DNA from: Stegostoma tigrinum
Lineage: Eukaryota
DNA: 64,000 nucleotides
Assembly: GCF_030684315.1 (NCBI RefSeq)
Contig: NC_081370.1
Span: forward strand, 45,650,728 to 45,714,727
Direction of reading: 5' to 3'
The notes under the pieces are model-generated. The model was not told where the DNA came from. It ran no database searches and saw only the letters and a program-made list of their open reading frames with translations. Numbering within the stretch: the first letter of the stretch is position 1; every line of letters begins with the position of its first letter. A program made the translations under genes and the position numbers. Positions 52,645-64,000 of this stretch are shown piece after piece.

Positions 52645-53944
52645 TAATAAAATGTGAGGCTGGATGAACACAGCAGGCCAAGCAGAATCTCAGGAGCACA
52701 AAAGCTGACATTTCGGGCCTAGACCCTTCATCAGAGAGGGGGATGGGGTGAGGGTTCTGGAATAAATAGGGAGAGAGGGGGAGGCGGACTGAAGATGGAG
52801 AGAAAAGAAGATAGGTGGAGAGAGTATAGGTGGGGAGGTAGGGAGGGGATAGGTCAGTCCAGGGAAGACGGACAGGTCAAGGAGGTGGGATGAGGTTAGT
52901 AGGTAGGAGATGGGGGTGCGGCTTGTGGTGGGAGGAAGGGATGGGTGGGAGGAAGAACAGGTTAGGGAGGCAGAGACAGGTTGGACTGGTTTTGGGATGC
53001 AGTGGGTGGAGGGGAAGAGCTGGGCTGGTTGTGTGGTGCAGTGGGGGGAGGGGACGAACTGGGCTGGTTTTGGGATGCGGTGGGGGAAGGGGAGATTTTG
53101 AAGCTCGAGAAGTCCACATTGATACCATTAGGCTGCAAGGTTCCCAAGCTGAACATGAGTTGCTGTTCCTGCAACCTTCGGGTGGCATCATTGTGGCACT
53201 GCAGGAGGCCCATGATGGACATGTCATCTAAAGAATGGGAGGGGGTGTAACTGGGAGGTGCAGTTGTTTATTGTGAACCGAGCGGAGGTGTTCTGCAAAG
53301 CGGTCCCCAAGCCTCTGCTTGGTTTCCCCAATGTAGAGGAAGCCACACCGGGTACAGTGGATGCAATATACCACATTGGCAGATGTGCAGGTGAACCTCT
53401 GCTTAATGTGGAATGTCATCTTGGGGCCTGGGATAGGGGTGAGGGAGGAGGTGTGGGGGCAAGTGTAGCATTTCCTGCGGTTGCAGGGGAAGGTGTCGGG
53501 TGTGGTGGGGTTGGAGGGCAGTGTGGAGCAAACAAGGGAGTCACGGAGAGAGTGGTCTCTCCGGAAAGCAGACAGGGGTGGGGATGGAAAAATGTCTTGG
53601 GTGGTGGGGTCAGATTGTAGATGGCGGAAGTGTCGGAGGATGATGCATTGTATCCGGAGGTTGGTGGGGTGGTGTGTGAGAACGAGGGGGATCCTCTTTG
53701 GGCGGTTGTGGCGGGGGCGGGGTGTGAGGGATGTGTTGCGGGAAATACGGGAGACGCGGTGAAGGGCGTTCTCGATCACTGTGGGGGGAAAGTTGCAGTC
53801 CTTGAAGAATGTGGACATCTGGGATGTGCGGGAGTGGAATGTCTTATCGTGGGAGCAGATGCGGCGGAGGCGGAGGAATTGGGAATAGGGGATGGAATTT
53901 TTGCAGGAGGGTGGGTGGGAGGAGGTGTATTCTAGGGAGCTGTG
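52645..53944 (-). mobile_element. Young 5'-truncated Penelope-like retroelement (Neptune-type) with 12-bp TSD
   Basis: ORF 53228-53818 has a CNRRKCYTC linker and GIY-YIG VVYCIHC...LYIGETKQRLGDRFAEH. ggagactcagga flanks it at 52633-52644 and 53945-53956. A pLTR lies at the left end. Confidence 0.9.
52704..52740 (-). ncRNA. Minimal type I hammerhead ribozyme motif in Penelope pLTR
   Basis: Minus strand CTGATGA-agggtctaggccc-GAAATGTC, one substitution from the GAAACGTC core. A sister copy at 61555-61583 reads GAAACATC. Confidence 0.65.
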
Positions 53945-55469
53945 GGAGACTCAGGAAACTACTTTTGGGGTAGGGTTAGGGGAAATGTATTCATAAAGTG
54001 GGGATTTGGTAAAGCATGGATGAGAGCCCAGTTACACGGGATGGGTTTTACCCAGCAGCCTGACTAACACCTACCGGTGGAAGCTGGCCACCACAGCCCC
54101 AACTAGCCCCTTCGCTGTCGACTTCCATTAAGCTGGAAATCAAAACTACGCAGTGAGAATGAAACACTCATGACCACACTCTGAGTGTGAGGAGTAAACA
54201 TCTCGAGCTGTGAGGGACAGGATTGCAAGACCACTCGATGTGAGGCTGTTTAGAGGCTAGAACACTAGGCACCTATGCATGCACTGCACAGGACCTAGAC
54301 CTGTGTTCTCCCCTATCCCTGGCAATTCTAATGCACTGGCTCCCTGTCTGCTGCCTATCCCCCTTCTACAGACATTGCTGATCACTTCATTCAGCACCAA
54401 CACTTTTGTACACAGAGACCAGGAAAGGATAAGTACAAGGACCAAGAAAGGCAACAGAACCCCATACTGACCGAGCCTTGCTCTTGCTTCCAGATGCTGA
54501 ACCAGGCGCTCAACATAGTTGTTGATCCATGCCGCATACTGGTCGAACATAGTGGTGGCACAGTTTCATTTGGTGCTAGACAGAGCCTCAATCAAACCAT
54601 TAGCATTTATGGAAATGTGAGCATTGGTGTACAGGGCAATGTCACTTTTGTCCACAAAGTGCCTTCAAATGTTACCTTCAGTCTTTCCCTCCCACTATTT
54701 CTCAGTGTAGTCCATTCTCTGCAGCTGGGATGGGAGAAGATTGCTCTGAAGTGGACCCCCCCGACTTTGGATGTTTGCTCAGGTGATCCTGGAGACCTTT
54801 ATGTCTAGCTTGCCGACCCATGCCTTGCAGGAGACAATTGGGCCGTCCTTGGCTTGAACTTTCAAGGCCCAGAGTAGGAAAGGCAGGATGCAGGTGTAGG
54901 GCTCACCCATCTCTGGAGTGTGCAGGGAGGAGACTTCAAAGGAGCCTTTGGGTAAATCCCCCCATCCATAGCTGTAGGAACCAGCAACGCTACGAGTGGG
55001 GGATTTATTCATTGTCCACCTCCAGAGATGTTACAGTGAGGTGTTCACCAACTTGTGCTACTTGATGTTCTGAACCTGACACTCCCACTGAAGTGTCTGT
55101 ACCTGAGCTGCTGGTTTTGAACGGGGTGCTTCAATACTCTCATGCTCAGAGGTCAAGGAGTAGCCTGTTACTGTGTGAGATAATGGCCTTCCCACTGCCA
55201 TCTGCAAGAAACAAGGGAGGGAAGGCATCAGGGTTAGTTGTTGGAAGTTTTGTGCAAGACATGGTACTGACAGTGGAGCTAACATGAGAGTTGAAGCGGA
55301 ATGAAGATTTGGACTTACTTGATTGGTGGGATATAGAATCAAAGTATCCCTACAGAGTAGAAGCAGGCCATTCAGTCTGTTGAGTCCACAACAATCCTTC
55401 AAAGAACATCCCAAACAGACCACCATTCCCCACCAGCACCACACCAGCAACACCCCCCCACCGCCATGC

Positions 55470-56210
55470 CCTTGAGAAATGGTGGTGAATCACCATCTTG
55501 AGTCACTGCAGTCCATGGGGGACATGCATATTGTGGTGGCTGGGGTACCTCTCAAGCAGAATGTTTTGTGTTGGATGGCGTTGATCTCCATGAGTGTTGT
55601 TAGAGTCACACCCATCGAAGCAAAGGGAAACTACTCCAGCATACTCCTAATTTATGTCTTGAGGATTTTGGACAGGCTTTGGAGAGTCAAGAGATGAGTT
55701 ACTTGCTGTATCATTATGGTCACCGTATTTTAATGAATGGCCCAGTTCAGTTTCTGGTCAATGGTGACCTACAGGATGTTAATAGTGGAGAATTCAGTGA
55801 TTGAACACTGTTGAATGTCAAGGAGAGATGTTTTGATGCTCTGTATTGGATTGGCCATTCTCTGGCACTTGTGTGGCATGAATGTTACTTACCACTTATC
55901 AGCCTTAGTCTGAATGTCACCCAGATTTTGTTGCAACGGCGCCAACCATTTCAGTATCTGAGCAGCTAGGAATGGCGTTGAATATTGTACGATCAAGAAT
56001 AAAGTCCCCACATATTGGAGGGAAGGCCATTGATGAAGCAGCTGAAGATGGTTGGGCCTAGGACACTACCTGAGAAACTCCTGCAGTGATGTCCTGGAGC
56101 TGATATGACTGATTTTCAACAACTACAACCATTTTCCCATGTGTCGGGTATGAATCAAACCAGCAGAGAATTTTTCTCCACAGCCCCATGAACTCTAGTT
56201 TTGCTAGGAC
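55470..56210 (-). mobile_element. Decayed non-LTR retrotransposon RT fragment
   Basis: Minus strand near 56030-56085 gives a GV(S)Q/GSVLGPTIFSCFIN-like RT motif. Confidence 0.65.
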
Positions 56211-59200
56211 TTCATGCAGAATTCAAGGCTTTATCAATAGGAGTTAAGTCAGATAGTTAAAAAAACAAGAAGGTTATCTTAAACCTGTATATTAAATAAA
56301 ACATTAGTTTCCTTCAAATGGAGCTTTGCATCCAGTTCTGGGTGCCACACTTAAGAAAGGATGTGACAGATTATGATATAATTAAGAAAACATTAAAGAG
56401 AATTCTTTCAGGAATGAGGAAATTCGGCTTTACAAGGTAAGACCTAGGTCTATTTGATCAGTTATTGTCAGCATCACTAAAATAAATCAAAAGAACTATG
56501 AGAAACAACTTATCCCACCCTATAGTTTAAACTCTTGAACTGCAGCATTTGTTTCTCTTGTTTCTTCTTCCACCTGTAACATTTGTGTCATACCTGCTGT
56601 TTTCATTTGTCTAACTTGTGAATGAATGTGTGTGTTTAGGGTTTCAAAGGGATGTAACTTAACTTGAATAGTAGTAATGAGTAATTTATTGTTGCTTGCC
56701 AATTGTTAAGGAACAAATTTGTTTACAAGATATATGGCCATTTTTCTGTTAATTGCGATATATGGTGTGAATTACCTTTTCCTGAATAGCAGTTAGTCAG
56801 ACAAATACATCATCTTGGTAGTTTAATGGGTAGTCATATATTTATGATAACTTGTGGAATATTGGTGTTTTCCAATTAAGTTATGACTATCCATAATGTG
56901 TGGCCGTGATTTGGAATGATTTAATAGTATTGTCCAAAAATAGTGTTTAAACACAGGAAGGAGAGAAGTTTGAGGAGTTATAGAGGAAGACTGGGGGTGT
57001 GCGATTACCTGGACTAAAAGAGCTAGTACCGATTCGATGGATGGTATGGTTTCTTACTGTGTTGTATTAATCTGTGTTCTAACTTCCTGACCAGTGAAAC
57101 ACTGCCTAGAAAAATATGCTACTGTTATATCTCATTGTATGTAATTTGTGGTGAAGGGAAGTGCAAAACAATGACGTAACAGACTGCTCCACATTTCACC
57201 AATTTCCCTTTTACATTTGAACCATTTGTCGTTTAGCTTGTAAGTCTGGTCTGCCAATCCATTAATGTTTATTTTGTGTCACTGTGTAAAATGAATTCCT
57301 TTCTGACTGGATTTGGATACAACTCCTTCTTGATTTCTACAGAACACCAGAGCAAGACACCAAGAGGAAACTGGAACACTTTTTACAGATGGTGCAGAGT
57401 ATCTAGCTGAGGAATTTTCATTCCCACCAACTGGCTGAATGACCCTGGCATCATTCTTGGAAATGGCAACTTATTCTCTATCCAGAAGATGGTCAGATGG
57501 CTTCAAAAAAAGAAAACAATGTTCAGACAGAGATAAGGTCTAATTTCATAAAGAACATCAAGTTGTAGCGAGTCAGATTTATCACTCCTGTAAGAACAAT
57601 TACTTATTTTGTTATTTTTCATTTGTCCATAGCAAATTTGATACATAATTTATATACTTATGGACAAATGTAAATGCTTGAATCCAAGTGACGTTCTCCT
57701 CAATTACTGAGGGTAAGGTGCATACTCTGACAGTTTCATAAAGAAATGAGCAAAAAAAATTTACTTTTCAGATGTAACTGAATTCTCAGAGGTTCAGGGA
57801 ATAGTTCTTAAACGACACGATTGCATTCAATGTTTAACCTAAGCTGCAGCTGGCAGCTTGTCGTTACTATGATACTTCTATGTGGCTGAGAACCACAAAC
57901 TCAGTGTATTTGGGTAGAGGTTGTGTATGGAGGGGCTGTGTGTTAGTCTGGGATATATTTTTTGATGTCTACAACATGGAGTTTTTATCTGATTGAGGAC
58001 TGAGTGACAATGATAGCAAGCAGCCACAACTAAATGGAATTTCTGCCACGCCTTTCTTATAACTTTCAACAGAAACAACGGCTTGCCCTGTACCAGAGTT
58101 CATGGCCAAACCACAGAGCCAGTGAACATATGGTTGGTATTCAGAATGATCTTGGTTTGAGCAGGCTAAATGCTGAAACGGAACCATCTCACATAACATA
58201 ATGTAGCATGAATTCCTCATCATTTGCCTTTCCACTCCTCATAATGCCAAACATCGAGAGCAGAGATGAAGACTTCATTCATTGCTAGAGATTGATTTTC
58301 TCTCTAAATATAGGGAAGTTTTGGACAATGGAAGGACTGTTCAGTTTTATAGCTCATTTTAACTGGAAAGTCTGCCATCTTGACTTCCTTGCAAGCCAGA
58401 TAATGTTATCATTATCACCGATAGTCCCATGCCGAGAGACTTCAGAGTATTATATAATCTCACACTTCAACTGAATGCAGCAATGTTGGAGGCCTTGTCT
58501 TTCAGATGAGATGTGAAACTGAGGCCCTGCTTGACCTCCCAGTTGGATATATGGATCCTGCGTTAATATTCAGAGAGGAGCATGATGTTCACCTCATACA
58601 ACCCACTGCTCAGTTATCTCATTGATATTTGTAGGTATTTGCTGTCTGAAAATTGCCCATGATGTTTGCCTACACAATGAACAAGATATTGGGGGAACTT
58701 TCAACTTTTTAGCACAGGTGTTGACCTGACAAATAGGATCAGATGGATTTGGCACCAGTGGGTAGCCTGCTTATTCAGGCAGTGATGTTGCAAATAACTT
58801 TCCCACACTTTGAGGGCACTTCATTGGCTGGGAGGCTTTCTAGGGCATCTGAAGGTCATGAAAGAGGTTAAAAAACAATTGGTCCTCAAAATTGGATTTG
58901 CCAGGACTGGTAGTTTTGGTGTAACAAGTGCCATTTTGACATTGCAATGGCTTCTGCACCATTTGTGCACAATTCCATCATCACTCAAGTTGAATGCTGT
59001 CTTGGTGAAGATTTTAGAGTGAGCATTGAGAGTGTGCTCTGGGAGAATGGTGAACAACAATGATTGTGCTGCATTTCTATCGTCACAGAACACCCTCTTG
59101 CTAACATCTATTGTTAAACATGTGCAGCTAAGTATGTGATTACTGGCAGGAAGGACCTTTCATCAACACTCCCCCCTCCTTCTATAGTACTTTACTTGAT

Positions 59201-60799
59201 GGGTTCATCAATCACAGGGATTAATTTCTATTGGCTTCTTTTGTGTACGTAGATGTGCTGCTGGCTTCTACAGTTGTTTAAATTTGGTGGGGTTGACAGG
59301 AAGTGATGCAAAGCTGCTTCAGGGGTTCTGGTCAGGCCATTTAATCCCAGTTCGCATCTCCTTTAATTTGCACCGTCAGAAGAAAATGGAGCAGAAGCAG
59401 GAGAGATAAGGGCCAGTGAACACAGTCACTGAATTGATGGTTGCAAGTGTGTGATTGATTGACTGTCTGGCTTCCAATGAACTGCACACTCCTCCCCCAG
59501 GATTTGCAAAGTGTGGATGATGGATCCTCACGAAAGTCACTTTGGTGAAAGACACATCAAGGATTTGCTAGCGCTTATCCTCCTCTCCTGTGCAGAGAAA
59601 AATAAAACTACCTGGTATCTAAGGAGAAGAAGCATTTGTCCTAAACAAGTGATTATAGTTGATTGTATGATAGCAATCAAGTGCAAGTCATCTTTGTTGT
59701 CTAGGCATTAATACAAAACAGCCGCAACTTTATTAGGAATGAAATTACAATAATCTTTAATACAAACTAATCTTTAACACTATTTAGCCCCTTAAGGTTA
59801 CAATACTTCCTGAGCCTTCTGTAGATTTATGCAGTTGCTCTCTGTCTGGCTCTGATTCTGGGTCGGTGAAGCAGATTTCTTCCCATCTCTCTGGATAGTT
59901 AGCTATCTCTGCCTGTTCTCATGCTGGTTTCCTCAGGCAGCCTCAGACAATGCAAGAGCAAGTTCTGCAGATGAACCCTGTTTTTTATGGTTTTCTATAG
60001 TTCTGGTCTATCAGGGAGATACACTTAATAGTTTGAAACAAGAGTCAATCATTTAGATGGCATGCTACTGTTAGTTTTCTATGTAGCAGGACCCTGAACC
60101 TATTTGTCTGGGCTCTCCTTTCTTTAGTGGATAAGTTGTTAGGGTATGTCTGAGTCAGATAACTGTTGCCTTTTACACTAAGCTAATGTCATTAGCACCT
60201 GTCTGCTGTGTTTACACTGTGCCTGGTGTATGAGTTTTGTGATTTCAAAATTTTACTTGGCCAATGTACACAGCTTCCCTTGCTGCTTGACCAAGTTAGC
60301 AATCTATCTGTGCTTTAGCAGCTAGGAGGCTGCTTCACATTGATTTGATGAACATTGATGCTAAGATTATGAGGAAAACCTGGGCAGTGGGCCTTTTAGA
60401 CCCAGAGTTGTTCTCCCATAGATAAGGCCATAAGACATCATCAGCAAGTGCTTAATACAATTTTCAATACTAACCTTTTCAAAGCCAAACACCTTGAAAA
60501 TATCTTCTACCAAAGCCTATTTTCCATTATTAATATTTATATACTCACGCACATAATTACACTTACCAGTACCTTACCTGCCTCCAGTCTCCGACCTCAC
60601 AAATCTAGGCCATCTGCTGGTTTCATTATTCTATAAGATTTTCCCTTCAAAATGGAAAGTTGCTCGGTGAAAGCTACGGACTGATTCTGTTCTTGAAGTG
60701 TGAAGTCAGTAAAGTCCCTTTAAACTGGAGGACCGTTTATCTAGCAAATATCCTTCACAAGAGGATACTATTCTTGCTGAATATAACAACTGATTAGTT

Positions 60800-61650
60800 G
60801 AATCATCTGAATCACAGAATTATTATGGTGGAGTAGGTCATTCAGCCCATCTTGATTGCACCAGTTTTCCAGAGGAGTATTATGACTTAGTGCCATTCTC
60901 CCATCCCTGTAACCCTGCACACTGTTCCGATTTAAATAATTATCCCGATGCTCCTTTGAATGCTTCATTTGAACCTGCTTCTACCAGTCTTCCAGACAGA
61001 GCTTTCCAGATCTGAACCTCTTGCTGCAGAGAAAAGCTTTTTCTCATATTTCATTTATTCATTTTGCAAATCACTTTAAGTCTCTACTCTCTTTTATTAA
61101 CTGTTTATGAGCAGGACTGGTTTCTCCTTGTCTGCTGTGCCTAGAACTCTCCTGATTTTGAAAACCCTCAAACAAATATCCTCTTAGTTTCTCAACTCCA
61201 AGGAAAGTAATTCCAACTTCATGAATCTGTCTTTACAACTGAAGTTTCTCATCCCAGGAACCATTCTTGTAAACGTCTTCTGTATTATCTTCAACCCATT
61301 CACAGCCTTTTTAAAGTGTGGTGTCCACAGCTGCACTCAGTACTCCAGCTGAGGTCCAATTAGTGTATTATATAAGTTCAGAATGACATTGTAATCTATA
61401 TTCTTGCAACACTAATAGTAACTCCTAGGACACAGTATGTTTCATTAAGTGCTCTCTTTACTTGTCCTATCATCTTTAATGAATTATGTACAGTTACAAA
61501 GTGTGAAGCTGGATGAACACAGCTGGCCAAGCAGCATCTCAGGAGCACAAAAGCTGATGTTTCGGGCCTAGACCCTTCATCAGACCTTTCTGTATCCCAG
61601 ATTTTTGCAATCTCTCTCCATTTAAAAAGCATGGCTTTCTTCTATTCCTT
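60800..61650 (-). mobile_element. CR1 LINE 3' fragment with nested pLTR piece (61495-61583)
   Basis: Minus strand shows LEY.VQLWTPH and RFTRMVPGM-like sequence followed by a CR1 3' UTR. Confidence 0.7.
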
Positions 61651-62669
61651 CTGCTTCCTTCAAGCTAGTGCTTCATGAATGCTAATACGCTGGTCAATAT
61701 TCTCCAGAATTTACCTTTAGAATCAAGAATAGCATGTGGGAAATGGAAATTTGGCACTGATGCAGTGGGATCGGTGAGACTGTGCAGTTGCGTTAAACCT
61801 TTCTTTCTTAGAGCTGACCTCTTTGGTATACATGGCACCCTTAATCCAAATTTCTTCCTCTAGTCTCAAAATAATCTTCAGAACTGATGGAATTCCATAG
61901 TTTTCCGAATTGGGACTTCAGACCAGTATCACCATACATAATTTAGTGGGATGATATTGCTTTTGTCAGAGACTTAGTGAATTAACTTTACTGCAAGTAT
62001 CCCCCTCTTTTAGTTACTGTTATTGTTCACTGTGACAATTCATAATCGCTATCGGATACAGTGACTGACTTTGCTATTTGACACACTGCTCATGGGCCAA
62101 GGTCACTAGTATTTTAATTTAATGATGTCAGCTTTGTCTCACTAGTCTACAATGTCAACACATTATTCAGTGAGGTGCTGACAGAGGTGCCTTTTTATTA
62201 ATGAGATGTTAAACTGAAAGTTCATCTGCCTTGGCACGATTTGAAAAAAGAGCAACCTAGTTCTTTGCAGGATCCTGGAAATATCTAAGCATCACTCAGA
62301 AAACATATGAGCTGGGTATTATCTCATTACTGTGTGTAGGACCTAACCATTTGCAAATTTACTGCCATTATCCTAAAGTGGCAAAAACACTGAGGTCAAG
62401 CCATATAATTCAGGCTAAAACTACTTATTAAGCTTATTATAATGACTCAAATTATACAGAAGATTCAATAGCATGCGAGATAAATAGGCTCTGTCATCAT
62501 CAAGCGATAGTAAGAACTGAAGAAGAATTTCTGAAGAAAGATCCCGACCCCAAACGTTAACTTTCCTGTGCCTCTGATGCTGCCTGGCTCACTGTGCTCT
62601 TCCAGCTCCACACTGTGTTATCTTTACAATAACACCCTTTTTTAATGCTGTTTCTCCATGTGTTTTCTA

Positions 62670-63820
62670 CCAAATTATATTATTTCACACTTCTTTGTTT
62701 TGAACTTCATCTGCCACCTATTTGTCCACTTTACAAATAGAATGTGAACATTCTATTGAAATTCTTTGTTGACGTCCTCACTGTTTATAATGTATCTAAA
62801 TTATATCATCCGCAGACTTGGAAATTGTCCCTTCCACTCCAATATCAAATCATTAATATGTAACTGGAAAAGGAAAGGTCACAATCCTGGCCGCTGGGAA
62901 AATAAACCTTCTTTCAGTCTGAAACTTACTTTTTGTTTCTTATCTTTAAGCCAATATAGCATCCACATTACTACTGTCCCTTTTATTCCATGACCTATAA
63001 CTTTTATGTCTGCTTTTCAGCACTGAATTGAATGTATTTTGGAAGTCCAATGTGTAGCCCACATCAGCAGCATTGTCCTCATCAATCCTCTCTGTTACAT
63101 CTTCAAAAAACTCCAACAAACTAATCAAGCCATAATTTTCTGTTAAGAAATTCTCATTGGTGCACCCTGCTTCACCTATACTTGTCCCCGTGACTATTAA
63201 TTCTACCCAGCATTATTATTTCTATGAGTTAGCCCGTTACCGAATTAAACTAACTGTTCTGTTAATGCCAGGCATTTCCTTACAATCTTTCTGAATAAAG
63301 GAATAACGTTTGCAATTTCCAAGTCCCTTGGCACCACCCCTCTGTCCTGGCAGAATTGAAAGATTATGCCCAGTGCATCTGCAGTTTACATTCCCACTTC
63401 TTTCACTATCCTTTCATGCATTTCATCCAACCCCAATCAGTACCAAAGCTTATCCAAGACTCCCTCTTCATCATTTTTAACCATTCTCCTGACAGTTTCC
63501 CCCTCTGTCATCAGGGCTTGTGTAAAATCAGTTTCATTGGTAAAAGCAGATGCAAAATGTTCATTCAGTATCTCAGCCATGATGCCTGCCTCCATGTCTA
63601 AATCTCCATTCTGCTTCCTAAATGATCTTACTCTTCCTTCTGCTACTCTTACTATTTATGTGTAGGTAAAAGACTTTGGGATTCGCCTTCATATTAGATC
63701 AACACCAATCTCCTTACATGCTCCTTCTTTACTTCTCCTATTTGCCTTTTCACTTTCCTTCTGAACATTTTGCAATGTTGTTGATTCTTGTTGTTTGATG
63801 GTATCTCCAACATATCCTTT
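62670..63820 (-). mobile_element. Decayed CR1 LINE ORF2 fragment
   Basis: LLEFFEDVTERIDE..A.DV and LDFQ motifs in ORF 62946-63128. Confidence 0.8.
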
Positions 63821-64000
63821 CCAGTGCATCTTCCCAAAGTAAATTTGGAATAACAAGATGGCATCTCTTTTTTTGTTCATTCACTGGATATGGGCATTGC
63901 TGGATAGACCAGTGTTTATTGCCTATCTCTAACTGCCCAGAGGGCAGTTAAGAGTCAACTACTTTGATGTGGGTCTGAAGTCACATGCAGGCCAGCAAGT

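Noticed and set aside
57270-57330. LCKMNSFLTGFGYN resembling sialylmotif S (LCDEVSLAGFGYD)
   Set aside because: Plus strand, upstream PT.G and downstream HY are missing, and spacing is off by one. It would matter only if an inversion were shown.
57969-58235. Cys/His ORF (CSNQDH...VHWLC) as a RAG2 PHD finger
   Set aside because: It lacks the YWI.CC and acidic hinge context, and ligand spacing does not fit.
58821-59093. QSLLFTILPEHTL resembling the preceding ST3GAL5 exon
   Set aside because: The essential C.VVG.GG of sialylmotif L is absent and there is no fitting donor. The PVLANP sequence instead suggests a decayed Gypsy pol.

Overview
This is vertebrate genomic DNA, almost certainly from a cartilaginous fish: it carries shark-type CR1 LINEs, tRNA-derived SINEs and Penelope-like elements. 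The left half holds the conserved cluster PTPMT1 (last exon, +), KBTBD4 (3 coding exons, -, 522 aa) and NDUFS3 (7 exons, +, 261 aa). KBTBD4 and NDUFS3 sit head-to-head on a CpG-island promoter. Next comes an intact single-exon RAG1 (40946-44086, +, 1046 aa; DDE triad, RING and Zn ligands present). No RAG2 ORF is visible in the ~19.9 kb downstream, where the convergent RAG2 normally lies, and the upstream neighbour is NDUFS3 rather than TRAF6. About 5.8 kb past the RAG1 stop is a single intact exon of an ST3GAL5/ST3GAL7-type sialyltransferase (-), whose downstream exons I could not find. The leading hypothesis is a relocated or duplicated RAG1 uncoupled from RAG2 that interrupts or truncates a sialyltransferase gene. 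The window also holds many short fold-back Penelope-derived insertions with 12-14 bp target-site duplications and hammerhead-ribozyme cores. Comparisons to other species are from memory; no searches were run, and repeat boundaries are approximate.
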